64,000 nucleotides of DNA. Origin: Lytechinus pictus (taxonomy: Eukaryota). The stretch spans positions 18,602,001 through 18,666,000 of the forward strand of contig NC_087252.1 in NCBI RefSeq assembly GCF_037042905.1, in the 5' to 3' direction. Every line of letters begins with the position of its first letter. Within the stretch, counting starts at the first letter, position 1. Below the pieces are notes generated by a model. The model was not told the DNA's origin and made no database searches. It saw nothing but the letters and a program-made list of their open reading frames with translations. The translations under genes and the position numbers were made by a program. This document shows positions 14,242 to 27,769 of the stretch, one piece after another.

Positions 14242-14430
14242 CACCTGCTACCAAAGCACCCCGCCCCCAGCCATCTACCATTATTTGCATAATTCTGATA
14301 TCGAACTTTATATGACTTATAATTTTGTTCTTTTGCAATCGAACCTTGTCCTAAGGCAGTTATCTCTACATACTCTAAGAGAGTTTATGGATTATAAATA
14401 GTTAAGTATTATTACGAACTAGTCATTGTG
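14242..14430 (+). promoter_or_regulatory. Putative Pol II promoter of the Ig-domain gene
   Basis: TATAAATA 14393-14400 with Inr-like TCATT ~30 bp downstream (14423-14427); upstream CACCTG (14242), GC box (~14259) and ATTTGCAT (14283-14290). Confidence 0.55.
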
Positions 14431-14528
14431 CAGCTGTTCAGAAGTAATGACCCATTGTACGGTCGCATGTGTCACATCGTTTTCCAAATTACCAAGGTTA
14501 TCGTTACTTCTACTTGCGCTGATAAATC

Positions 14529-14586
14529 ATGGATGCTAAAATGTTAGTTTGGGGATTATTTTTCTCAATCTTGTTCTCCACCTTTG
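14529..14586 (+). CDS. Exon 1 (signal peptide MDAKMLVWGLFFSILFSTF) of a secreted or cell-surface Ig-domain protein
   Basis: ATG, basic residue and hydrophobic core, consensus donor G|GTAAGT at 14587 in phase 1, compatible with the V exon. Not in the ORF track because it is too short. Confidence 0.65.
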
Positions 14587-16749
14587 GTAAGTGGCAGCGA
14601 ATATTTATGTTTATATATATAAATTCTCTCTCTCTCTCTCTGGAAAACCTTTACAGAAGTGTGTTTCAATTAGGATACAATACTTCTAATCCAGTCTAAA
14701 ATACGGAAATATCAGAAGAGAAGCCGAAGGCAAAACATATTTTTGAAATAATGAAATCTGTGCGAAATATGGATTGACTGTATGTAATCATCCATAAATG
14801 GAATTTTATATTCATATTGCAAATGTAGATCAATTGTCGCAAGACCCCCACTTCTGGAGATCGGACTCGACAAGAGTTGTGTATCGAGTGCCAATAGAAA
14901 ACGAGGAAGTTGTCTCCCCCACGAAAAGCCAACTTAAAGCACTCTAGGTGTTGGAGTAACAAAGCGGCAGTTGAAAAAAAAAAACATTAAAAGACACTTC
15001 GTCGAAAATTGAACACAAATGTATCAAGCTTTCGGCATTAGATTTCCGCGTAACGATGATTGCAATAAGATATTGGGAAATCGAATTTGAAATTCGAGCT
15101 TAATGAACAACCGCTTCAATTACAGTAAATAACCCTAAATACTTCACATTTGAAAGGATAGATGAAGGTTGCAGTGGAGCTAGCTGAGACAGCGAGGGCA
15201 AGAGTGGGATTTTGGTGAAGTTTGGGTAATGTGTAGAGTGTTACATGGGACATGCATGGCTTCGTCTGAAGATGAAAATAATATTAGTTTATGGGCGTTG
15301 CATGCAGTAGCGAAACGTGGTGTTTGAGTAAAACCGAGATCAGTATTTTACGAAGGACTGAGAGAGCTCAAGAGAAACGACGAGAACGAAGCGTCGTGTG
15401 AAGATGCGAACATGGCGAAGGAAGAACACTTTGGGTTTGTGCGTGTTTTTGTGTTTTTTTTTTCTCTCTCTCTCCTCTCCCACACACAAACAAACGGCCC
15501 AGGGAAGAGGGGAGCTGGGTTGCTGGGTTACAAGCTCACGAGCTTTCGAGTGCCGCTGCAACTCTTTATCAAGTGACGATTTTCGTTACTTGATAAAGAG
15601 TTGCAGCGGCACTCGAAAGCTCGTGAACTTTAGGCACAGTGACCCTTTTCTAATCAAATCAAGTTTAACGTTAGATCTAGAGTCCGTCCAGGTCCAGACT
15701 CCAGGACCAAAGGCAAACTGGGAATGCATGTTGAGCCATGCATGATGAGGTGCATATTCTGATCTAGCCTATGGGGATGAGATAAAACATGGCTAGATCT
15801 AGAACCTCTGAATCTAGATCTATGACTATGTCAGACTCGGCCGTGGCTGTAGTGTCGGTGGTGGTCCTTATCTTTTTTTTCGTCGAACCAGGTCCAGGAC
15901 AAATTCTAAAGTTCGTTAGCATAACTTTAGCAGGATTAGATTTCTCTAACGTCACATTCTAGAATCTAGTCTAGATCGAGATATAACACGTTAAAAATTT
16001 AGACTTTACTTAAGGATCTAGTTCTAAATCTAGATCTACTTACACAACTCGTCCAAAAGCTGAATTATCCAATCCCCCATTACTCACCAGACAGCACCAC
16101 AGATCTTTGATGTAAGAGCAAAATTGAAACTTAAATCTCTATCCGATGAACTACGTTAGCTCCATCACCAATACATATCCAGAAATTGTTAAATAAATTC
16201 CCACAAACGACGGTTATTCCTGTCTACACAAATCTAGGCTCCATTTTAGTAACTGAAGTAGGTCAAGGCCTTTCCGTGTTAAACCTAATAGGTCTTGGGC
16301 CGAACGATGAAAAGTCTTTAACTTTTCCTTCAGTTGACCTTTGAGTATTTTTAATATATTAAAAAAACGAAGAAAAATACATTGATTGGGAAATCGCTCA
16401 TTCCCGCAGTAAACTCGCTGCAGTTAGCAAAATATGTAATTTAGAACTCCGGTTTCATCATGCTGCCTAGTTATTGTACGAGCCGCACTGCCATAAGCAC
16501 TGCAATAGCACAGCGGGGAAATGCGAGCGCCACAGTCGAACTTCGAGTTGAGTTCGGTCAGTATTAAACTGTAATATTATTTTTTACACCCACTGTACAC
16601 GTATCTCTGGAGATCTCTGTGGATGTCAATCACATACCTTTATATGTAAATCGTCGCAATATATGAATATTCCATAATGATATCCTCAAATTTACCAAAA
16701 CAGTCGAGGAAATTGTAGACTCGCGTGTCGGACTGAAATTGAATATATA

Positions 16750-18634
16750 CACAAAAAAAGTAAGTCCCCCCTAAATCAAATTGCTGTAACTTTTGAACGG
16801 AATAATTTTAAAATATGAAATTTCGTAGGTGGTTCCTTACACTCATTAGGCAACTCCTGGAGATTCATCAATTGAGTCATGCATGAGTAATCAAAGATTG
16901 AATTAAAAATGACAATTTTTTAAAGTCACAAGAGTCGTTTTTCAGATTGTGTAAATACAAAGTTGGGCAAAGGTTTTGGTTAGGTGAATTTTATGGTGTT
17001 AATGCTGTTTAACTATCCATCATTTAGCCACTTCAAGCAAAATTTTGATATCGTATGTTTATGGTTGAGTGAGCACAATGTTTTGTGACGTATCATCATA
17101 GGGGTTTACGGCAGTATCCCCTATAGAACTTGTTAAAATATGTTAAAATTGGAAAATGTTGGTGGCTCCCCAAATTACTCGGCCTCTCCCCATTTTAAAA
17201 TTCTGGATCCACCACTGATTCGTCTATAAATTCAACTTATCCTGAGATATTGTTAGGAAAATAATGAATTTATGCAGTATAAAGAGTATTCATTCCCAAG
17301 TTTTCAAATGTGCTCACTCAACCATGAAAATGTAAAAGTTCGGAAAGTGTGTGGTGATAAAACTGATGGATGATGAAAACAACAGCAATTAAGTCAAATT
17401 TTTAACCGAATTTGCCCAATTATTCGCTTAATTACCCCCTCAAAATGAGTCTGTGACATTTAAGATGCCTCTTTTCCCACTTTGATGCATGCTCACTTAT
17501 CCATGAATAAACTTATCGATTTCATTTATGCACAGAATTCTGCCCAAAAGTTGATAAACATAACTGCCAAATGACATTGCTAAAGGCAGCCTTGAAAAAA
17601 AGTTCTACCATATTGAATAAGGGGTAACTTATTCTTAAACATATGGACTCATAGTGTACACATTGTCTATGAGAGAGGAAGTCATGAAATTTGTTTCATG
17701 GACGGTTTTTTGTTACTTCTGCCAACAATTTTTTCATGAAACTTCGCACATAGCTTTAGATTTACACTATCCAAAAGGCGCGCACACCAAAATAATCATT
17801 CGATATGGCACAGAGTGGGGCCAAGGCCTTGAACTTTCTTCTCATTTGCACAATTTTCGAATATTGTGTGCTCACTGAAGCATTAGACATCGGGATTTTC
17901 ATAAAAATCTAATCAAATGAACTATGCAAGGAGGTTTGTGACAGATATCCGTAGTTAGCAATAGCGTTTTTTCCAATAACATAAAAAAGAGTTAATCGCA
18001 TTCCACATGTTCATTCAAGCGTGAATGTTTAATTAAACGCATTTGAATCATTGAAGCATGTTAATTGGTCATGAACATAACAAAAACAAATGAGAAAAGA
18101 TCATTTCAGTCACCAAAATGAAACAATAGTTGCGTATGATATTTGAAATTCGTATTTTTTGCTTTCATTAAATGTTCATTGATCCGTGAAACGATGAATA
18201 TTGTTGAAGATACTCTTCCCAAAAATAATTGTCATCATATTCGATCATTTGTATCGATAGAAATGTGTAAAAAATCCAATTATAGCAAATTTTAACTTTT
18301 GTTTATTCAACCGTGAAATTTAGCAAAAACATTGTATCGTATTTTAGAAAGTACCTTTCAAAAGCCTTCTAACTATTTTTCATGTTGAGAATGTGGAATT
18401 CGTTTCAATAAAGTGGAATCAAAATCATGATATTTGGCTTGTGACTTTTGAAAAGTGACATTTTTGCCTTCTGGTGGTGCTCACTGAAGCATGACATAAA
18501 ACACGCCCATAACATTTACTCACAGGGTAGCTTATAAAGTTACCTACACGCTCATGTAAAAATATATTAAAAACTCGCATTGATTTGGAAATTATGGATG
18601 TTTGTTTAAGGGGGGACTTAATTTTTTTGTTGTG
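16750..18634. mobile_element. Non-autonomous Tc1/mariner-like element
   Basis: TIR CACAAAAAAAGTAAGTCCCCCC / GGGGGGACTTAATTTTTTTGTTGTG, inserted in a TA run; absent from the opposite palindrome arm near 23000. Confidence 0.7.
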
Positions 18635-18925
18635 TCTACAAGCAGAAAAAATGCGTTGCCAAATTTAGCTGTATACACATATCGTTCGTCGTGCGCTGTG
18701 CTGCGGGTCTGTATTATGCATTATGATGAAAATATGTATTTATAAACTGTTTTAATTACAACAAACACTTGAAAACGGACACAGACTAGTCTTGATATAA
18801 TATTCTAGTATGATAGCATAACATTTCGCCTTGGACTAATTTTAAGAAATGATAGCAATTCCTTTGTCAAGTGACAAGATATATTCCGAAGGTATATTGT
18901 ACCCCGGTATTGTCCTTTTTATATT

Positions 18926-21558
18926 GGCTTATTATAATCACTCGGGTCGCGGGCGGGTTCGCAACCACTCGGGTTTTGGATTTTTGGCGATTTTTTTTTT
19001 TTTCGATGCGATTTTTTTTTCTAACGGTGTCTTCATTGGGACAAACACGCTGGGAAAATAAAATGAAATTGATATTCTAGTTTCGTTTTAAGCCGGCAAG
19101 TGTCTTAATAAAATGTACTCGACTACTGTTTAACATAACAAACAAGTATAAAATCAGCCATGTGACTCAACTAACTTAGAATAGATCCGGACTTCTACTT
19201 TGTCTTATACGAGGACTCCGAGTCGGAACTTGCCATATCTGCCACATCGATATTACATCGTCATTCCCATATGCGGACATGCCTGCATGCAATGGCCCCA
19301 AGGCGGAACCCGGCCGCGGTCGGACACGACGTGCATCGGAAGCATGGAGCAAGCTAAAGCATGAGTCGAGCCGAGTTAGATCCAACGTACGTTACAGTGC
19401 CAGACGTCAGTCTGCAGCCCGTTCGAAAGTATTTTATTCAGCGGTATGCATAGCCAGCCATCCGTGGTTTAATGCATATATATACGTAATTAGACCAAAA
19501 GCTTCGGTCTCTGTTGTTCCGTTGTTTGTTGTTCCGCTGAACTCCGTTGGCTCCACTCACCAAATACAGGGACCGAAGTTCTAGCTCGATCTGTACAGGG
19601 ACTCAATGGCCATATTTTTATTTATTAAGTTCCCGATAAAACAGGGAAGTGAAGCTGCGCGACAGCCGAAGTAATTAGTCACTGTTTTTTCCCCTTTTAA
19701 GTTTATTTTTCCCCGTTTTGGTGCATCATAGGACAAAACGGAATAATAATCTTTATTTTGTTGCAGTTCTTTTCATATATTTTTATGAAATAAAGAGCCC
19801 CGTCTGTGGGAGTTTGCATTGTTAACCCTTAATGGTGGCTGCACGATAGCGAGCCGTCTGTGTACGAGGAGAAACAAAAATGTTAAAAAACTCCTCGAAA
19901 CAGACGGCTGCAGCTGTCTAATGCGTAATGAGCTGTGAAGACGATCTTTCCAATCGGCGTTTAAAAATTTTGCTCTTAATTATTGTCCATTTCTCATAAA
20001 ATTGGTCTTATTTTTTAGATAAAGGGTCATATTGTGTTGTAAGTAATTGGAGACCTAAAAAATTCCCTGCCTAAATTCTTTCTCTCTCTCTCTCCTACCT
20101 TCCGAAATTAAAACAGTCCCTCGGACTTTAGACGCAGGACAAATAATTCTCTGACAACCAAACTAACTTCTCATTAGCATCAGTAAAAATGTGAATGGGC
20201 TTTTAAAACTAAAACTAAAAATTGATTTGAAATATTAACCACTCTGCCACTTTTAGACAGTTATAATTTTAAAATCGATTTTAAAATCGTATTTTAAATC
20301 GATTTTAAAAGCTCAAATATATTTAAGACAGTTGGCTAGCCACGATATCGCCTTATAAATCCCTTTTTATTTACTCCTCCTTTAGGGCTCCGTCCATGGG
20401 ATTTTAATTTTTTTAGGGAGAGCCTTAAAGGAGGAGTAAATAATAGGGATTGATTAGGCGATATCGTGGCTAGCCAACTGTCTTAACTGTGTTTGAGCTT
20501 TTAAAATCGATTTTAAATACAATTTTAAAAACCGATTTTAAAATTATAACTGTCTAAAAGTGGCAAAGTGGTTTTGAAGAGGAAGGAAAAGAGGGGTTGG
20601 TGGAATAATTAGGACAGGTATAATTACCATTTTAAAATTGATTTAAAATCGATTTTTTTATATATCAATTTTAAAATCGATCTAAGATCAATTTTAGATT
20701 AGTATTAGTTTTATAAGCCCATTCACATTTTTACTGATGCTGATGAGAAGTTAGTTTGGTTGTCAGAACATTATTTGTCCTGCGTCTAAAGTCGGAAGGT
20801 AGGAGAGACAGAGAGAGAGAAAGAATTTAGGTAGGGAATTCTTTAGGTCTTCAGTTACTTAAAACACGATATGGCCCTTTTATCTATAAAATAAGACAAA
20901 TTTTATGAGAAATTGACAATTCTAACAGCAACATTTTAAAACGCCGATCGGAAAGATCGTCTTCACAGCTCATTACGTATATGCATTAAACCACGGATGG
21001 CTATGCATACCGCTGAATAAAATACTTTCGGACGGGCTGCGGACTGACTGGCACTGTAACGTTGGATCTACCTCGGCTCGACTCACGTTAGCTTGCTCCA
21101 TGCGGGCTCCATGCTACCGATGCACGTCGTGTCCGACCGCGGCCGGGTCCCGCCTTGGGGGCCATTGCATGCAGGCATGTCCGCATATGGGAATGATACG
21201 ATGTAATATCGATGTGGCAGATATGGCAAGTTCCGACTCGGAGTCCTTGTATAGGACAGAGTAGAAGTCCGGATCTATTCTAAGTTAGTTGAGCCACATG
21301 ACTGATTTGCTTGTTTGTTATGTTAAAACAAAAGCCGAGTACATTTTATTTAAGGCACTTGCCGGCTTAAAACGAAACTAGAATTTCAATTTCATTTTAT
21401 TTTCCCAGCCTGTTTTTCCCATTGAAGACACCGTTAGAAAAAGAAATCGCATCGAAATAAAAATAAAAAAAATCGCAAAAAATCAAAAACCCGAGTGATT
21501 TCAAACACGACCCGAGTGATTGCGAACCCGTCTGCGACCCGAGAGATTATAATAAGTC
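18926..21558. mobile_element. Palindromic (foldback) DNA element with 8-bp TSD
   Basis: Arms of ~1 kb, centre near 20405; termini GGCTTATTATAATC / GATTATAATAAGTC; TSD TTTATATT at 18918-18925 and 21559-21566. Confidence 0.85.
19491..19920. mobile_element. Short TAGAC..GTCTA element with 9-bp TSD (Mutator-like), copy 1
   Basis: TSD ATACGTAAT/ATGCGTAAT; empty site in the other arm near 20972; second copy at 54807. Confidence 0.85.
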
Positions 21559-24500
21559 TTTATATTAATGCATTTTTTCTGGTCCGGCTTTTCGATTTTC
21601 ATCTTTATGTGTATGTTCTTGTGTACATGTAGTTGAATAGAGTGTAAACAATGAGAGATGTATAGGTAAAAGCGAAATAGAGACAGGGAAAAACGGAAAG
21701 ACGAATTTCCTTAAATTTTTTCCAGGATGAAAGGACTGGGTCATATATTTCAGTTTACCAAAGGATTGTGTAACAATTCAAAATAATCATGATTATCGTA
21801 ATGATCATAATAATAATAGTGATAACATTTATTACAAGTGATATTATTGTGATGATACTAAGATCTGAACGACTCTCAGTTCATATTAGCAATTAATATT
21901 CAGCTTGGGTGATTTTGAAAACCTCCAAATTTTTATCAATAAATATTTATCACTGTCTTTAGTAACATGGGTACGAACTATTCCCTCTCACCGGTATAGG
22001 CCTGTCCAACTAATTACCAGTACAACTCTTCTGCATGTCTTCCCTCCCCCCTCTCTCTCTTCTTGTAACTTTCTCTTCTGTCTTCTGAAAAAAAAAACAC
22101 TTTGTACCTACACGCTACACCTCATACAAATTCTTTCTCCCTCTTCCGATGCCCTCTCGTTCCCTCTGTATTCTTCCCTCCTCTTCTCAAGGAAGCTAGC
22201 ATTTCATCATCATTATTTGTTGTCAAAAATATCTGTCAGTTGAGAAGGACTGTCAGATAAAGAACACTTTGTCAGAAGAAACATACAATTCTTTCCATTC
22301 ACCTTCCCTTGGTCTTCATAAATATGAATAATATTTGAAAATTTCTGTTCACAAAATAATAAAAGGCACACATTTTATATTCATCAGATTCTTAAGATAT
22401 CCATTTATTTTCCTTTCTTCTTTGTACAAAATTATGTTTTGCAATGGAAATTATTAAATTTACTAGAAGTCACATGGTTATGTAATTGGGAAAACTTAAT
22501 CTTCCATTAAACTTACCAAAATTAATATGCATTTACATTTACCTCTCCCTCTGTCACCGTTTATAATTTTTTTTCAATGTATAATCTCTTCTTTCTCTTT
22601 CTCCTTTCACCCCCTCCATTTCTGCCCCCTCTCTCTCTTTAACTACACACATACACAGAAACACAAAGATCGAAAGGAAGGGCCAGAAAAAATGCACTTA
22701 TAAAAGGACAATCTGCCTTCTTCTTAAATCATGTTAATGGAATCTGTACATTTTGTCATATCACTCTGGAATAGGAATTACTATCATTTCTTAAAATTAG
22801 TCCAAGGCGAAATGTTATAATATCATTCCAGAATTCTATCAAGACTAGTCTATATGTTTGTTTTCAATTGATTGTTGGGAATAAGGCAGTTATAAATACA
22901 TATTTTCGTCATAATACAGACCTTCAGCACAGCTTTACGGCGCATTGAGAACGATCTGTGTATACAGCTTAATTGGCAACGCGATTTTTTTCTGCTTGTT
23001 TATTTAGTTTCAGACCGACACGTGAGTCTATAATTTTCTCGACTATTTCGGTAAGTTTTAGGATATTATTATTGAATATTTCTATATTTCGATGATTTAA
23101 AACTAAAGGTAGGTGATCGACGTCCAAAGAGATTTCCAGGGATACGTTATACTGGGTGTAGAAATAATATTACTGTTTAATACTGACCGAACTCGACTCA
23201 AAGTTCGACCGTAGCGCTCGCATTTCCCCGCTGTGCAATTGCAGTGCACATGTCAAATGTGCGGCTCGTACAATAATTAGGCAGCACGGATGAAACCGGA
23301 GTTCTAAATTACATATTTGCTAACTGCAGCGGGTTGACTGCGGGATCAAGACATTTTCCTGTCAAAATATTTTTCTTAGTTTTTTCAATGTATAAAAAAT
23401 ACTCGGGTTTCAACTAAAACGTTTTGAAACAAAAAACACGCTCGGCCCACGGTCTAAAACTCGGACGTCATACTCACTTAAATTTCGCGGTCCAGTCCAA
23501 AATTGATTGCAATATGATTTTTTTTGTAACATTATTTATTAAAATCATTCAGTTCAAAATCATACAAGTAATAGTATATACACAATACACTGTTCACAAA
23601 GTTAAAAGGTTATTCATAATACATGATATCGAATGTTGATCGATTGCAAAGGATCGCGACTTTAGTCCCTCTTATGTTATTTCCGTGTAACTGGTAACGT
23701 CTAATCCAAGAGAGGACGCCATACACGTACAGAAATATATTCATGGTCCGGCTGTTCAATATATTCATCGAAGGTGGACCAGCTTGTAAAATACAATGAT
23801 TTTGATCATGTCATGTGACGAGCTATGGACCACTCTGTCATGGCTGTCTAATATATAAAACTTTGTTTGTTCCTTAGCTACATATTTCGTCAATAGGTTT
23901 TCTCGAGAGGGTGCAGCCATCCCCTCCCCCTCCCCACTCCGCGAACGCAGACGATCGTAACAAGCGGTAAAAAATGTTGTTTTCAATGCCTCAAAGACAC
24001 CGTTAGGGCGTGTTAAATACATCTGTTGAAGAGCTGTATGTACACTTGCGTACAAGGGGGGGGGGGGGGGGGGTTGGGCTCTTGCATGCCCCCTAATTTT
24101 TCACGAACAAGAATAAAACAAAAAAAAAAGGAAAGAGAACAGGGTTAATATGATATAATTTTCTGAATATTAGATCGAAATCTAATGGATTAGACTTAAT
24201 TGAATTTTGTAATAAAAATTTCGAAATTTTTAGATCGCTCGCAACTATTTTAAAGTCAATATTACGTCAAGCAATGCTTCCATATCGATGAAACAATCAG
24301 TGTTTCCAAACGCAGTTTCAGAACAACGATATTATATTATGTGGTTTCGGAAGTGCTGTTTATACTTTATGACTCGATCTACAACTGACTTTGCATCGTA
24401 TTTTCGTTTGGCAGGAAAGCGAGGTGGAATTGGGCTTGTCATTTTAGATTTATTGCGAGTGTTTTTATTTTCGACTATTTATGTCAAAGAACTATCGATT

Positions 24501-25006
24501 TTTATTTTCATGGAGCTTCTTGGCTTGGCCATAGAATTTCCACTATGGTGAGGATAATGGTACCAGGTTCATGGTAATAGTAAGGCAAAATAAAGTAAAA
24601 GTATATATAATGAAATAATAGATCATCAGTTACGGTTTTGCTTTGTCTTTTATTGACTTAGTGATGTTTCCTCATCACAATAACTCATTTCCCGTTAGTA
24701 TATCCCTTTACATTGGTTTTGATGACGAATAAGAGGAGTATTAAGAGCGAAGGAGTTGGGAGGTAGCTCTCCGCTATACCCACGCGACTGTATTTTCCCG
24801 CGGATTTTCATCGCACCGGAAGCATGTACCAAAATGACGCCATTTAAACGCGTTTACGATCGTGGTCTTGTTTATACTCCCCCAGAATTCCTGATTCTGG
24901 ACAAACGACGTTTTGCAAGAGCCCTTTTGTAAGTTGATGATGATCCACAGCATTTGTGCCATATTTCTGTAAAAAAAAATCATAGGCGAAGGCTCATCCA
25001 ATTAAG

Positions 25007-26650
25007 CTAATTATTACACATCTGCTGAAATAAGCGAGTTTTGAGAGACGATTTGAAGAGTTCAGTGTTGTCAATTTCACGGAGAGAAGTAGGGAGGGAA
25101 TTCCAGAGGCTTGAAGCAATAGATGAAAAGGCACGGTCTCCACATCCCTTTAGGTGTGTGACGGGTACATGAAGAGTGACACCAGGCCAATAAGGGTACA
25201 AGCCAGGACGTAGACGATGTCGTTCTATTAGGGAAGCTACATAACCTGGAGCTAAGCCATGGACAGCCTTGAAAGTCAGGAGAAGAATTTTGAATTCGAT
25301 CCTGTACGTAATTTGTAGCAAGCGCAACTCTATGAGAACAGTGGTGATGTGGTCATTTTTCTTTCGTACCAGTTAGCAGGGTAACAACAGCATTCTGTAC
25401 GTTCTTGACTCTGTTAAGCATTGTAGAAGGAAGACCAGCCCGCAGACTGTTACAGAAGTAAGCTCTAGAGGTGATCAAGGAATGAATTAGGCTTTCTGCT
25501 GCAGAAGGAGTAGCGCTTTTGTAGCCGATATATTTCATAACTGGTAGTAGGTCGCTTGGCATACCTTGGAAATATTCTTGACCATTTTCATACAGTGGAT
25601 GAAGAAGACACCCAGATTACGTGCATTCTCTGAAGGAGGGATAGACACACTGCCAACTTGAAGATTTTGTGGTTCAATCTTGTTTAACATATGTGGTGAC
25701 GAAGACACTAAATATTCAGTCTTCTGCATATTTCTGCCAGGTAGGTAGTAAGACGAGAAATAACATCAGCATCATCTCTCACTCTTGGGTCAAAGGTCAC
25801 ATATAATTACGTGTCATCTACAAAGAAATGAACTTGCACACCATAATGGCGAGCAATCTCCCCAAGAGGTGGAGTGTACAGAGTGAGGAGTAGAGGCTCG
25901 ATGACGGAGCCTTGCGGAACACCGTACTTCAAGAGAGCCACCTCTGCCATCTGCGGTGGAGATACGACCGAAACCATGCTAATGCAGTGGCATCAACCTT
26001 AAAGTCTACATGCAATCTCTGGAGAATGACTTCTTGTGCTATCGTGTTTAATGCTGCTGACAGATCTAAGAGGACGATTATGACTGCTTATTGTAAACTG
26101 CTCTCATTTTGTCATCAGATATCCTAAGAAGAGCTTTCTCATCACTGTGGACCCTTTTGTAGGCAGACTACATGGTCTCGTGGAGGTCATTGTCCTGCAG
26201 ATGTTTCGTTAGTCTCTTCGCAACAACTTTGGCAAGAAAATGTAGGTTTTATATGGAACTGTAACTACTCATTTCCTGCCGATCAAGTGACGGCTCCTTC
26301 AGCACAGCAGTAACATGTGCGAGTTTCCGTTCTCCAGGGAACTTTGCTTTCTGCAGGGAAGCATTAAAAATCTTCGAGAACAGCATAGTTGGAATAGGAT
26401 CTAGGGAGCATGACTTTGAAGGGGTCTTTCTTATGACTCTCTGTATTTCTAAATGAGGTGATGGCATACAGACAGTTAGATGATCATCACACGAGGAAGG
26501 TACAGTCCCGTCCAACTCTCTTCCTGACTCCGCCTTATAAGATCTTGATATTTTCTGTCTGTAGGTTACATCTGATAGACTCAATCTTTCCAATGAAATA
26601 CCTTGGGAAGTCACTAGCTAACTCAACATCTGAATGATGATGTGGAAGCG
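25007..26650 (-). pseudogene. Degenerate 5'-truncated L2/CR1-group LINE, reverse transcriptase remnant
   Basis: Fragments KSCSLDPIPT, RNLGV, RIEFKILLLTFKAVHGLAP, GDRAFS..LWNSLP, plus a VPQGS-like motif near 25920; many frameshifts. Confidence 0.85.
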
Positions 26651-27769
26651 CAGCAGCTTGATCAGTCTTACGATGTATAAGTTTACGGTCGGCGTTCTGA
26701 AACGTAGCTTAAATGAAAAAAAGTCGCATCCGTGTTGTGGAACAACCACGTTTGAAAACACTCAATCTGGTCTAAAAAGTCGAAGCATTAACACATCCTT
26801 AGTTGTCTTAAATGAATTATCAGTGCATTTTTTTTTGTAATCGCTACGCAAACGTTCTCTATTACACAGAATCATTTGTCAAAACATCTTCATAACAAAG
26901 CACCCTTTGTCGAAACTCAGTGAATGAAAACAGCAGTGTCGTCTCGAACTCTGGAGGAACGACATCATTTCAATCTTAAGACGATGCGCACCCCGATCCA
27001 TGACCTTTCGACTATGACCTTTAATATGTTCATTGTTATTACCTAGGCATTTTCAATTGATTTTAGCGTTCCAGAAAGAGTCTGCGAAGTGCCTGCAAAA
27101 AAGCTAACGTGTGAAGTCGAAATGGAGTCATTAGGAAGTTTTCGCAACCACTTAGCCGACATTTTCTGGAACGTTAAGAATCTATCCTAAAAAAACATTC
27201 AAAACAAAGTAGGCATTGTCGGAAATCGATGAAACAAAACAGTAGTGCCCTCCTTGACAGTGGACACATAACATTTTTGTAATTTTTGTCTGGTCCGAAT
27301 CTTAGGACTCTCTGTTTTCCCGGTACATCAATTTTCGAAAATAACCTCTTAGCCGTTCATGATTTGACGAGCATTGTCAAGAGATACTCGACGTTCTAGG
27401 AAAATGTCTACAAAGTGGTTGCGAAAACTCTTGAATCATTAACCTAGTACATGCTTATTTGCTTTTGTGCGTGCCTGAAAGCTTCCAACACAGCCACCAT
27501 AGCCCTGTGACAGGTGGTGCCCCATTCAGGAGCATCCCTTAGGTCTTCCCAGGGTTTCCGTTAGATTGTATGGGTGAAAACTTACTCCCTGGCAGCTACT
27601 TTCAAACACATGCACCAATGACACAGATTTCATATAATCAATAAGGAATGAAAGAATTCTTATCCAGGCAACGTTCGGTAAATGCCCATCCCTGACTGTG
27701 ACGATAAAATGTAAAAGATTGCATCATGATCAAGATGATTTATTTTTGATCTGGATTCTGCCTCGTAAA

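Larger units (their letters stand above)
16290..23455. mobile_element. Large diverged foldback (inverted-repeat) structure with nested insertions
   Basis: 16340-16745 is the reverse complement of 23000-23405; 18638-18920 matches 22700-23000; 21567-21690 matches 22570-22700. Outer ends approximate. Confidence 0.8.

Noticed and set aside
14700..15050. Semi-open + strand frame (ICAKYGLTVC..DPHFWRSD)
   Set aside because: Several stops and no recognisable motif
16090..16215. Minus-strand ETS-like words (RRLWEFI..FKF..LW)
   Set aside because: Needs a stop and two frameshifts; likely chance unless a frameshift-aware HMM search is significant
24414..24548. Possible extra exon (CAG acceptor, GTGAGG donor) in intron 1
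   Set aside because: Read in phase 1 it is open and frame-preserving, but it resembles no recognisable domain and has no independent support
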